Positions 20,365 to 29,792 of a DNA stretch of 64,000 bases are shown here, piece after piece (position 1 is the first letter of the stretch; every line of letters starts with the position of its first letter). The position numbers and the translations under genes were made by a program. Origin of the DNA: Vulcanimicrobiota bacterium. GTDB taxonomy: Bacteria > Vulcanimicrobiota > Vulcanimicrobiia > Vulcanimicrobiales > Vulcanimicrobiaceae. The DNA lies in assembly GCA_963733295.1 (NCBI GenBank), contig CAVTCS010000003.1:2144001-2208000 (forward strand). The letters are read 5' to 3'. A model generated the notes under the pieces. It did not search any database. It saw nothing but the letters and a program-made list of their open reading frames with translations, and was not told the DNA's origin.

Positions 20365-20412
20365 CTGCAAGCAACCATTTTGGGATGGTACTCCTATCGT
20401 CCGTGCTTGCAG
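20365..20412. promoter_or_regulatory. Nested inverted repeats upstream of BKACE-2, candidate operator
   Basis: CTGCAAGCA/TGCTTGCAG enclosing ACCAT-N6-ATGGT. Confidence 0.35.
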
Positions 20413-20479
20413 GAACGCTCAGCAGTCAAACCGCCGTGCGGTCCCCGAGTAACTCCGCCGGCTCACAGATCGTGCGCAT

Positions 20480-20736
20480 TCGTACCCGAAGACAACGGAA
20501 CAAGATACGCAAATAGCCTCTCTGCGGCCAGCGAGTACGTTGCCGCGACGCATTTATTGGAGAAGGCGGCTCTGCCGAATGCGGCGCTAGCCTCCTACTT
20601 CAGCGCGTACGAAATGGTCGTTGACCCTTCGTCTGATGCTAAGAAGTTTGGTTACGATAAGTCCGAGCCGGAACAACTGAGCGAGCAAACAGTAAGGAAT
20701 ATACAGAGACTTGCATACGCGACAAGGGCGTTGTAG
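20480..20736 (+). pseudogene. Probable C-terminal remnant of a helical protein
   Basis: SLSAASEYVAATHLLEKAALPNAALASYFSAYEM...RLAYATRAL*, with no convincing start. Confidence 0.35.
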
Positions 20737-20848
20737 CGTCTATATCGTGTCGCGGGGAACACGCCGCGTCCTAACGAACCCGCCGCGCCGGAAGCGCAGC
20801 CGATGTCACTCTCCGGGAGCCGCGTTGTGCGGCCCGTTTCCTTATTCT

Positions 20849-21421
20849 CTAATAGGACGAAGGGGGTGTCTGCACCGCCGTTGGCGCAGCAGTCGCGCCC
20901 GTTGGAAGCGCGGCGATCAGCGCGATTGCGTCCACATTCATGCGGTGGGCGTTGGTGCGAGTGATTGCAGGCGCGTCGTCGGGGGCAAAGTTGCTTCCGT
21001 TGTAGTCGACGAGACGCTTGGATGTGTCACGGGAGAGGTACGCGTCCGACACTGCAGCCGGCATCGGCTCCCGGCGCGCTGCAAGCAGTGCCGCGGCCGC
21101 AGACCCGAAAAGGACGCTGTTCGCGAGCGCGTCTGCACGCTGCCCTGCCGGCGCGTTGAGGCAGGCGGCGTACTCCTTCAGCACCTTATGCATCATGCTG
21201 GGATCCGCCGTGGGCTTGACGCGAAGCTCGGCAGCGACTTGCTGTGCCGCGGCGCAGTCCGGCGGGAACGGTACGACATATACCCAACGCAAGAGTTCGG
21301 CATCCGGGACGCGTTGCGAGGCGGAAAGCGTCGTCTGCGGAACAGCCGGCGCGGGCGCGCCCAGGCCGAGCGCAAGCGTCGCCAACACGCTAATCGCGAG
21401 CGCGAGAAAACAGCGTCTCAC
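20849..21421 (-). CDS. Secreted hypothetical protein
   Basis: Signal peptide MRRCFLALAISVLATLALGLGAPAPA; helical body with two Cys. Confidence 0.6.
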   Translation of the reverse strand: MRRCFLALAISVLATLALGLGAPAPAVPQTTLSASQRVPDAELLRWVYVVPFPPDCAAAQQVAAELRVKPTADPSMMHKVLKEYAACLNAPAGQRADALANSVLFGSAAAALLAARREPMPAAVSDAYLSRDTSKRLVDYNGSNFAPDDAPAITRTNAHRMNVDAIALIAALPTGATAAPTAVQTPPSSY

Positions 21422-21659
21422 TGGATCGCGTACCGGTCGAAGGGGTTGGCACGATCTCGGGCTTATATTAGTTCGGATAGTCGTCCTGCACGATGCCGCT
21501 GATTCGCGCGTCAGCTGATCCGCCCCCTACCTGATAGATCGCGATCTTCAGCTTAAGGAGCGCAAATGCGACCCGTAGTGCGGTTAACGGAATTCGTGTT
21601 GATAGCGCCGCGCCTCTCCGCCGAAAGGGGCCTCGTTTTGAAGCGCCCTATCCGCTTAT

Positions 21660-21785
21660 CCGCGCGAGTTTTGCAAACCGGGGCGATGCGGCGCGATCCC
21701 GTGTGCGGCGGGCTTTGCGGCGCGTTGCCGGGATAGAGCCGAGGGCGGGATGGCCCGTCAGTTTGGCCCCAAAACCGGCCACCCC
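21660..21785. repeat. Degenerate copy of the 26005-26210 non-coding element with a palindromic tip
   Basis: Shares TTTTGCAAA, GGGCTTTGCG, CCGGGAT and AGGGCG in the same order; GGCCCCAAAACCGGCCACCCC (21765-21785) is the exact reverse complement of 26183-26203. Confidence 0.65.
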
Positions 21786-21884
21786 GTCGAGCGTTGCGCG
21801 CGTCTGAAGCCTCTAGATTAAGAGGAGCCATTCTGAGCACTGTGAACTGAACGAATCCTTTACGACATCGATGGGAGCGATAGT

Positions 21885-22278
21885 ATGCATTCGAAAACAA
21901 GCATCAAACGCGGTCGATTCCTTGAAACGAGCGCGGCAGCGATCGGTGTCGCCGCGGCGAGCTACTCTCTTGCATCGGCGCAAACGGAAGCGGCTGCGAC
22001 GATGAGCGGCGCGGGCAAGCCGAGCATAGTTTTTTTGTCATGGTCTTTGGGCCGACGGCTCGTGCTTTACCAAAGTGATGGGGCCGTTGCAAGCGAAAGG
22101 CTACGATTGCATTGCTGCCCAGTACCCACTTAACACGCCCGAAAACGACATCACTTTTGCCAAGTGGGCGATGGCCCTGGTGAAGGGCCCTATCGTGCTT
22201 GTTGGACATTCATATGGCGGCTCGGTGATCACGGCCGGACAAGTCCGCTGCATCCAGATCTTCGCCGTCGAGCGCTAA
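21885..22278 (+). pseudogene. Truncated, frameshifted alpha/beta hydrolase with Tat-like leader
   Basis: KPSIVF(C)HGLWADGS across the poly-T at about 22030; VLVGHSYGGSVIT followed by an unrelated tail and a stop. Confidence 0.8.
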
Positions 22279-22294
22279 AGAAGGGTACACGACT

Positions 22295-24666
22295 ATGACG
22301 AACCAGTCAGACGGTCAAACGAGCGACGGAACGACTGCCTCCATGGACCGTACCGTGCTACCCATTGCTGAACCGCAGTATCCGCCGATCACGGAACTTG
22401 ATGCGAAAAACGCTACAGCTCCACCGCGGTTCGAAGTAAAGGCGCCGAAGGGCGCGCCTAACGTTGTAGTCATCCTTCTCGACAACATGGGCTTCGGCGA
22501 CATATCGACCTTCGGCGGGCCGATCCAGATGCCAACGCTGGATCGTCTGGCCAAGACCGGGCTGCGCTACAACAATCTCAAGGTTCCACCGTTGTGTTCC
22601 CCCAGCCGAGTCGCGCTGCTCACCGGCCGCAATAGCCATAGCGCAAACTTCGGCGTGATCTCGGAAATTGCTACCGGGTTTCCAGGGTATACCGCGAGCC
22701 GTCCCGACAGCATCGCGACGTTGCCCCAGATGTTGCGGCTCAATGGCTACAACACCGCCATGTTCGGTAAGTGTCACGAGCTAGCACCGTGGGAAGGCAG
22801 CGCTGTCGGGCCTTTCGACCGGTGGCCCGTGCATAGCGGCTTTGAGCGGTTCTACGGCTTCATGTCCGGCGAAGCCGACCTTTTTCATCCGGTCATTTAC
22901 GACAACATGACCCGGCTGGATATGCAGTTCGATGCCGATTACTACGCGAGTACCGACATCACCGACAAGGCGATCCTCTGGCTGCGTTCGCAGCGTTCGC
23001 TGGCCCTGGGGAAGCCATTCTTCGTCTACTACGCGGCCATTGGTACGCACGGTCCGTTTCAGGTGCCCGATGCGTGGCGCGACCGGTACAAGGGCAAGTT
23101 CGATCAGGGCTGGGACCAGGTGCGCAAAGAAACGTTGGCCAGGCAGATCGAGCTTGGCGTCGTGCCGCCGGGCACCGACCTCGCGCCGAAGCCGCCGGGA
23201 ATCCAGGAATGGGACGACTTGTCGGCCGACGAGAAAAAAGTCTTTGCTCGGTATATGGAGATCTACGCGGCCTTTGCCGAGGTGACCGACTACGAAATCG
23301 GGCGGTTCCTCGACGAGATCGAGACGTTGGGCGAAATGGACAACACGCTGATCTTCTACATAACCGGCGACAACGGCTCGGTTTTCCAAGGCGGCCTCAA
23401 CGGCGCCTTCAATGAGTTGTCCGTGTTCAACGGGCTGCCCGAGCCCCTGGACGTTGCGCTGCAGAACTTCGACGAGATCGGCGGCCCTAAGTCGCATATT
23501 TTGTACAACAATGGCTGGGCTTTTGCCGGCGCGACGCCGTTTGGGTGGGGGCACCAGGTGGCCTCGTACGGCGGCGTCTGCCAGCCGATGGTGGTTCACT
23601 GGCCGAAGGGTATCGCGGAGAAGAGTGGCCTGCGCCCGCAGTGGATGCACATGATCGATATTGCGCCGACGGTATTGGAGGCAGTTGGCGTGCCCGAGCC
23701 GGGCGTCGTGTACGGCGTCCGACAGAAACCGTTCGAAGGCGTGAGCGCGCTATACACATTGGATGAACCCGAGGCGAAGTCGCGCCACACCCGCAATACT
23801 TCGAGATGGCCGGCAACCGGGGCATCTATCAGGACGGTTGGTTCGCCACGACGGTGCACCGCCCACCGTGGGAGCCCAAGGCGCGGGCTACACTTGAGAA
23901 CGACAAGTGGGAGCTGTACAACGTCGAGGAAGATTTCAGTTGCGCGCACGACCTTGCCGCGCAGTATCCCGACAAACTTGCGAAGCTCAAGGGAGTCTTC
24001 CTAGAAGAGGCGGTCAAGTACAACGTGCTTCCGCTTGACGACCGCGCTTGGGAGCGCTTCAACGCTGCTCTAGCGGGCCGTCCGGATCTGATGGAAGGTC
24101 GCACCGAGATCACCGTCTATGAGGGGATGAAGGGTATTCCCGAAAACGGCTTCATCAACGTGAAGAACCGCTCTTTTGTGGTTACGGCCGACATTGAGGT
24201 CCCCGAGAGTGGCGCAGAGGGTGTGATCATCGCCCAAGGCGGGGAGATGGGTGGCTGGAGCCTCTACGTCAAGGGCGCCGCACCCCGGTTTGCCTGGAAC
24301 TTTCTGGGCCGCGAGATTTACAAGATCGTCGGCCCCACTCGTCTGCCGGCGGGGAGAGTGACGTTACGCTTCGAGTTTGCTTATGACGGCGGTATGGCCG
24401 CGGGTGGTAACGGCGTGATCTTCGTCAACGATCGAGAGGTCGCCTCAGGGCGGGTCGAGCACACACAGCCGTTCGCATTTGGTGCCGAAACGACGGACGT
24501 AGGTGAGAACCTCTACACGTGCGTCAGCGACGACTACAAAGTGGGCGATAACAAGTTCACTGGTAAGATTCATAAGGTGACCGTCGCGGTCGGAAAGTCC
24601 AATCTCAGCGAGGAGGCGCAGAAAGCTCTCGCAGAGTTGCGCATGAAGAAAGCGATGTCCGGCTAA
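22295..24666 (+). CDS. Cys-type arylsulfatase, frameshift near 23790
   Basis: CSPSRVALLTG and GDNG; KSRHT(T)QYFEMAGNRGIY is restored by adding one base. Confidence 0.9.
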
Positions 24667-24766
24667 TTGAGTTGGCTTTACACGCCGCCACGCCGAGGGG
24701 GGACGTTTTGGAAATGATCGCTCGCAACAGTTCGTTGACACCAGCCGCCGCGGCGTTCGCATTCCC

Positions 24767-25154
24767 TCGCATCGCTGCCGCATCCCGATCGCATAAGTTG
24801 GTGCAGCGCAAAGCCTTATGCTACGGGCGATTGCGGCGCATTCGCGCCGTCGTTGAATCCCGGATGAATTTCGGCTGACCACGCGCGATTTTGCCCTGCG
24901 CTGAAAACCCTGATGGGGCATGGCTTTGCGGCGCACGCGCTTTCCGGACGTCGAGCCCGCTGGCGGCTCAGTGGCGAAAATCGCGTGTGGCGCAAAACCC
25001 CGTGGCATCAGGGTTTGCGCCGCAGGGCACAATCGCTCGTGGTCAGCTGAACTTCATCCGCGATTCATCGCTCCGTGTTGTGCGCCGGAATTGCCCGTGG
25101 CGTAAGGGTTTCCGGCGCGCAGGGCTATGCGATTGGTATGCGGCGGGGATGCGA
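24767..25154. repeat. ~388-bp imperfect palindrome (two ~190-bp inverted arms)
   Basis: 24854-24900 matches the reverse complement of 25021-25067 at 42/47; 24767-24795 matches that of 25126-25154 at 25/29; same axis at 24960/24961. Confidence 0.9.
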
Positions 25155-25218
25155 CCGGGCACGGTAGTTGCACCAAAAACGCTCCGCGTTCTTCGGGCCG
25201 AAAAAAAGCGATCAAGCC

Positions 25219-25767
25219 TTATGGAAGGACATGAATTGTAACCGTTTGTGACATCGGCGCCGCGATGGGCGGGGCATTGGTGCCTATCCGAGCTATATCT
25301 GCTTCAAGCTGAATCGGCCTAGTGATAGTTATCGTGTACGTTCCTGGTGGAAACTTAAAGCGTTCTCGTAAGTCAAAGGACTCTCTCCAGGCGAAGCGCG
25401 GACCTAAGGAAATTCCGATAGGCCCTGAGGATTCAAAACCCGGGGCAGGTTTATCGTCTCGCGGCTGTAGCTGTCGACCCGCTCCGTCAAGTACGACCCA
25501 ATCAAAATCTACGAAGATCGCGCCGCGAGCGATTTCCACCGGGTTTGAGTTGAGATTTCGAAGGCCAAGGACGGCGACAATTGGCTCGGTCGGATCAAAG
25601 GTCAGCTTTGAGAACGTGAGGCTCACTGCAAAGCCATGCGAGCTCGCGCCCCAAGAGAAATCATTGGAATTCGCTTGGACGAAGGATTCTCCGAACGCCC
25701 GCGTGGTCATCAAGCACGCAAAGGCGATCACCAAGAGAGGAACAAATCTGATCGACAATAGTGACAT
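25219..25767 (-). CDS. Secreted hypothetical protein, probable Ig-like (copy B)
   Basis: Inverted near-duplicate of 8527-9075. Confidence 0.8.
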   Translation of the reverse strand: MSLLSIRFVPLLVIAFACLMTTRAFGESFVQANSNDFSWGASSHGFAVSLTFSKLTFDPTEPIVAVLGLRNLNSNPVEIARGAIFVDFDWVVLDGAGRQLQPRDDKPAPGFESSGPIGISLGPRFAWRESFDLRERFKFPPGTYTITITRPIQLEADIARIGTNAPPIAAPMSQTVTIHVLP

Positions 25768-26004
25768 TGCAGCGTCTCACTCTAACAGTTTGCCGTCGTA
25801 GAGCACAACACAGTACCATGCGTTCTCGTTAAGGTCCATGTCGGAAATACGCTACCCGAACCGAACCGCCCGTGCCCGCTAATAAACATCTCTTGCCAAG
25901 GAGCAGTGCACCCCGGTCGAGTTCCTATCTGAGCTGGACCCAAGGCAATATGCAGCTTTGGGAGCTCGATGCGGGCCGCGTCGATACTGCGCCAGCCAGC
26001 GTTC

Positions 26005-26210
26005 CGGAAACCCTTACCCCACCAGCCTTTCCACGACGCGCTCGATTTTGCAAAACCGTTCTGCACAGAACCGTGCGCCGAGCGCATTGAAGGGCCGCGA
26101 GGGCTTATGCGCCGGAAACCCTGATGTCACAGGGCTTTGCGCCGCGCCGGCGAGTTGGCCGGGATCTGGGGCCTAGGGCGAGGGGGTGGCCGGTTTTGGG
26201 GCCTTACCCC
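26005..26210 (-). repeat. Non-coding element with two 29-bp boxes and a Tn3-IR-like terminus
   Basis: Boxes at 26005-26033 and 26113-26141; minus strand 26210-26172 reads GGGGTAAGGCCCCAAAACCGGCCACCCCCTCGCCCTAGG. Confidence 0.55.
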
Positions 26211-26218
26211 TATGCCCG

Positions 26219-28876
26219 CTACGCGACGACTCCGTGGCAGCGCTTGAACTTCTTGCCTGAGCCGCAGGGGCACAGATCGTTGCGGCCGACCTTTTCGCCT
26301 GCGCGCGTGGGTTTGCGTGGTGACGATTCGTCGCGGTTGGTGTGAATCTCGCGGGGGCGGTCGCCGCCCGGTGCCGGGCCGAGCAGTTGCGCGGCGAAGT
26401 TCGGATCGAGGCGCGCGGGCTGAGCTTCGGGTTGCTGCAACGGTGCGAGCGCACCAGTCGGGATCGGCTCGAAGCTAGGCATCCCATTCGCGGCGCCCGG
26501 AGCTTCGGTGGCGAGGGCGTTCGGGTCTTGCGCTTCCACGACGACGTGAAAGACGGCCTTCAGTGCTTCGTCGGCGATGTTGCCCTTGAGATCCTCGAAG
26601 ATCTCGTAGGCTTCTTTTTCGTATTCGACGCGCGGGTCTTTTTGACCGTAGCCGCGCAGGCCGATGCCCGTTTTGAGCGCGTCCATCACGTACAAGTGAT
26701 CGACCCAGAGCCGGTCGATGATCGGCAACATGATGTACTTCGTTTCCACGACCCGCATCAGTTCGGGTGTTAGCTCCGCCTCTTTGGCTTCGTACGCTTC
26801 AACGCCGAGTTCGGTGAGCCGAACGCGCATCGCCTCGCGATCGAGTTTCTCGAGCTCTTCGAGCGGCATCTTGTCGGCAACCGGAAAGATCAACTCGAGT
26901 TCGTTGAGGATCTCTTGCAGGTCCCACTCCGACGGGTGAACGTTTTCGGGAGCGTTCTGATCGACGGCCTGATCGACTTTCTCCGCGAGCGTCTGGAGCA
27001 TGAAATCGCGGACGCTCTCGCCGGCTAGAATTTTGCGGCGCTCGGCGTAGATCACCTCGCGCTGCTTGTTCATGACGTCGTCGTACTCGAGAACTTGCTT
27101 ACGGATCTCGTAGTTGTGGTTCTCGACCTTCGACTGGGCGCGCTCGATCGAGCGCGTGATCAGGTTCGCCTCGATCGGCGTCTCGTCGGTGAAGCCGACG
27201 GCGTTCATGATGCTCTGGATCCGCTCGGCACCGAACAGGCGCATCAGCTCATCCTCGAGCGACACGTAGAAGCGCGTGCTTCCCGGGTCGCCTTGGCGAC
27301 CCGCACGTCCACGCAGCTGGTTGTCGATCCGCCGCGATTCGTGGCGCTCAGTGCCGATAATGTGCAAGCCGCCCATCTCCGCAACGCCCTCACCGAGCTT
27401 GATGTCGACGCCGCGGCCGGCCATGTTCGTCGCGATCGTCACCGCCGCAACCTGGCCGGCATCCTTGATGATCTCGGCTTCCTTTTCGTGATACTTCGCG
27501 TTCAGGACGTTACACTCGACGCCGCGCCGCCGCAAGATCGTGGCGAGCCGCTCGCTCTTCTCGATCGAGCGGGTGCCCACGAGCACCGGGCGTCCCTTGT
27601 CGTGCTCCTCGACGATCTCGTCGACGACGGCCTCGAACTTCGCCGGTTCGCTTTTGTAGACGATGTCGGCGATATCGCGCCGCGCAACCGCCTGATTGGT
27701 TGGAATGACGATGACGTCGAGCCCGTAGATGTCGCGAAACTCGCGCTCCTCGGTCTTCGCCGTTCCGGTCATTCCCGCGAGCTTCTTGTAAAGGCGGAAA
27801 TAATTCTGGAACGTGATCGTGGCCAGCGTTTGATCTTCGCTGCGGACTTTCAGGGCCTCTTTGGCCTCAATCGCCTGATGGATGCCGTCGGAGTAGCGCC
27901 GGCCGTACATCAACCGCCCGGTGAACTCATCGACGATGATGACTTCACCCTCCTTGACGATGTATTGCTGATCGCGATGGAAGAGATTCCACGCCTTGAG
28001 CGCAGCGTTCAGCTGATGGGTCAGTTCGAGGTTGCGCTGGTCGTAGAGATTCGAGACTCCGAGCATGCGCTCGACCTTGGCGACGCCCTTTTCCGCAATC
28101 GGAACGGCGTGCGCCTTCTCGTCCACGGTAAAATCTTCGCCTTTGACTAAGCGCGGCACGATCTGTGCGAATTTGGCATACAGATCGGTCGCATCGGTAC
28201 CGTGGCCGCTGATGATAAGCGGCGTGCGGGCTTCGTCGATTAAGATCGAGTCGACCTCGTCGACGATCGCGAAATTCAGTTCGCGCTGCACCATGTCTTC
28301 GAGACGCCAGGCCATGTTGTCGCGCAGGTAATCGAAACCGACTTCATTGTTGGTGACGTAGGTGATGTCGCACTCGTAGGCGGCACGGCGCTGAGCCGGC
28401 TCGAGGTCGTGCTGGATCACGCCGACCGTCAGACCCAAGAATTCGTAGAGCGGACCCATCCACTCGGCGTCGCGCTTGGCCAGATAGTCGTTGACGGTGA
28501 CGAGGTGCACGCCGCGGCCGAGCAAGGCGTTCGCGTAGACGGCCAGCGTCGCGACCAGCGTCTTGCCTTCGCCCGTCTTCATCTCGGCGACCTTGCCTTC
28601 GTGCAAAACCTGGCCGCCCATGATCTGCACGTCGAAGTGCCGCATGCCGATCGCGCGCTTTCCGGCTTCACGTGCGACGGCGAACGTTTCGGGCAGCATA
28701 TCGTCGATCGACTCGCCCTGCGCCAAGCGCCCCTTGAACTCGTCGGTCTTCGCACGGAGTTCTTCGTCGGAAAGCGCGGCCATCGCCGGTTCGAAGGCGT
28801 TCGTCGCAACCACCGTCTTGCGCAGACGAACGACCTCGCGTTCGTTGGCGTCAAAGAGCGTTTTTAGAAAGGCCAT
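26219..28876 (-). CDS. secA: Preprotein translocase ATPase SecA
   Basis: [28 protein letters not shown]-terminal [19 protein letters not shown]. Confidence 0.99.
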   Translation of the reverse strand: MAFLKTLFDANEREVVRLRKTVVATNAFEPAMAALSDEELRAKTDEFKGRLAQGESIDDMLPETFAVAREAGKRAIGMRHFDVQIMGGQVLHEGKVAEMKTGEGKTLVATLAVYANALLGRGVHLVTVNDYLAKRDAEWMGPLYEFLGLTVGVIQHDLEPAQRRAAYECDITYVTNNEVGFDYLRDNMAWRLEDMVQRELNFAIVDEVDSILIDEARTPLIISGHGTDATDLYAKFAQIVPRLVKGEDFTVDEKAHAVPIAEKGVAKVERMLGVSNLYDQRNLELTHQLNAALKAWNLFHRDQQYIVKEGEVIIVDEFTGRLMYGRRYSDGIHQAIEAKEALKVRSEDQTLATITFQNYFRLYKKLAGMTGTAKTEEREFRDIYGLDVIVIPTNQAVARRDIADIVYKSEPAKFEAVVDEIVEEHDKGRPVLVGTRSIEKSERLATILRRRGVECNVLNAKYHEKEAEIIKDAGQVAAVTIATNMAGRGVDIKLGEGVAEMGGLHIIGTERHESRRIDNQLRGRAGRQGDPGSTRFYVSLEDELMRLFGAERIQSIMNAVGFTDETPIEANLITRSIERAQSKVENHNYEIRKQVLEYDDVMNKQREVIYAERRKILAGESVRDFMLQTLAEKVDQAVDQNAPENVHPSEWDLQEILNELELIFPVADKMPLEELEKLDREAMRVRLTELGVEAYEAKEAELTPELMRVVETKYIMLPIIDRLWVDHLYVMDALKTGIGLRGYGQKDPRVEYEKEAYEIFEDLKGNIADEALKAVFHVVVEAQDPNALATEAPGAANGMPSFEPIPTGALAPLQQPEAQPARLDPNFAAQLLGPAPGGDRPREIHTNRDESSPRKPTRAGEKVGRNDLCPCGSGKKFKRCHGVVA

Positions 28877-28970
28877 TCGTGCTTGTAACCGCTTCCCGGT
28901 CCGAGGGGTTGCTTTCCAGTCCGTCGCCTTCGTCGGATCGCCAGGCTCGGTCCTGCGCCGTTGTCGGCGC

Positions 28971-29792
28971 TCAAAGCGGAGTCTTTGCGGGATGGTTCAC
29001 GATCGTGTGCGGTACCCGTCGCAGCAGATCTCGCGCCGTGACGAAGGTGAAGCCGGCTTTGCGAAAGCGCGCCACGATCTCGGGCAGCATCTCGATCGTC
29101 CCCAAGCGCCCGCTGTGGAGCAGGATGATGTCGGGCGCGGTCGCGCTGCGTTCGATGTGAGTCACGAGCATCGCAGCCGGTACGCTGCGCCAATCGCCGG
29201 GGTCGTCGTTCCAAAGCACGACGCTATAGCCGGCGGCTTGCGCGGCGCGGACGGTTGCTTCGGTGAAGCGCCCGTGCGGCGGCCGCATCTCCTTGCGAAT
29301 CGAGGGGTCGCGGACCATCGTTTCGAGGGCGTCCGCGCCTCCCTCAAGCTGCCACTGGACTGCGCGCGTTCCAAGCTCTTCGAAGTTTGAGGGGTGCGTC
29401 AACGTGTGGTTGGCGATCTCGTGACCCGCGGCCGCGATGCGCCGCGTCAACTGCGGAAACTCTTCGGCATCGCGCCCGATCAAGAAGAACGTCGCAGGAA
29501 CGTGCAGATCGTGGAGCACGTCGAGCAAGAGTGGCGTTTCGACAGGATATGGGCCATCGTCGAAGGTCAGCGCGACCAGACGTGGACTGCCCGAGCGGTC
29601 GGCCGGCGGCCGATCGTAGAGATAGCGGTTGATGCGCGCGTCGAGGCTCGAGGCGAGCATGCGATGCGCGTCGGCGGTGCGATCGATGATGGCCGGTATC
29701 ACCGGCGCACGAACGTGCAGCACGAGTCGATAGAACACATAGCCGGCGAGCGCGATGCAAACGAGCATCGCCGCCAGCCGGAACGCCTTCAC
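28971..29792 (-). CDS. Membrane-anchored polysaccharide deacetylase (NodB/CE4)
   Basis: [30 protein letters not shown]. Confidence 0.93.
   Translation of the reverse strand: MKAFRLAAMLVCIALAGYVFYRLVLHVRAPVIPAIIDRTADAHRMLASSLDARINRYLYDRPPADRSGSPRLVALTFDDGPYPVETPLLLDVLHDLHVPATFFLIGRDAEEFPQLTRRIAAAGHEIANHTLTHPSNFEELGTRAVQWQLEGGADALETMVRDPSIRKEMRPPHGRFTEATVRAAQAAGYSVVLWNDDPGDWRSVPAAMLVTHIERSATAPDIILLHSGRLGTIEMLPEIVARFRKAGFTFVTARDLLRRVPHTIVNHPAKTPL

Noticed and set aside
22025..22040. Poly-T tract as a phase-variation switch
   Set aside because: The gene is truncated downstream anyway, and a homopolymer sequencing error is equally likely.
24767..26210. Boxes as a CRISPR leader or integron attC sites
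   Set aside because: No repeat-spacer array follows, no paired RYYYAAC/GTTRRRY ends were found, and there is no integrase.
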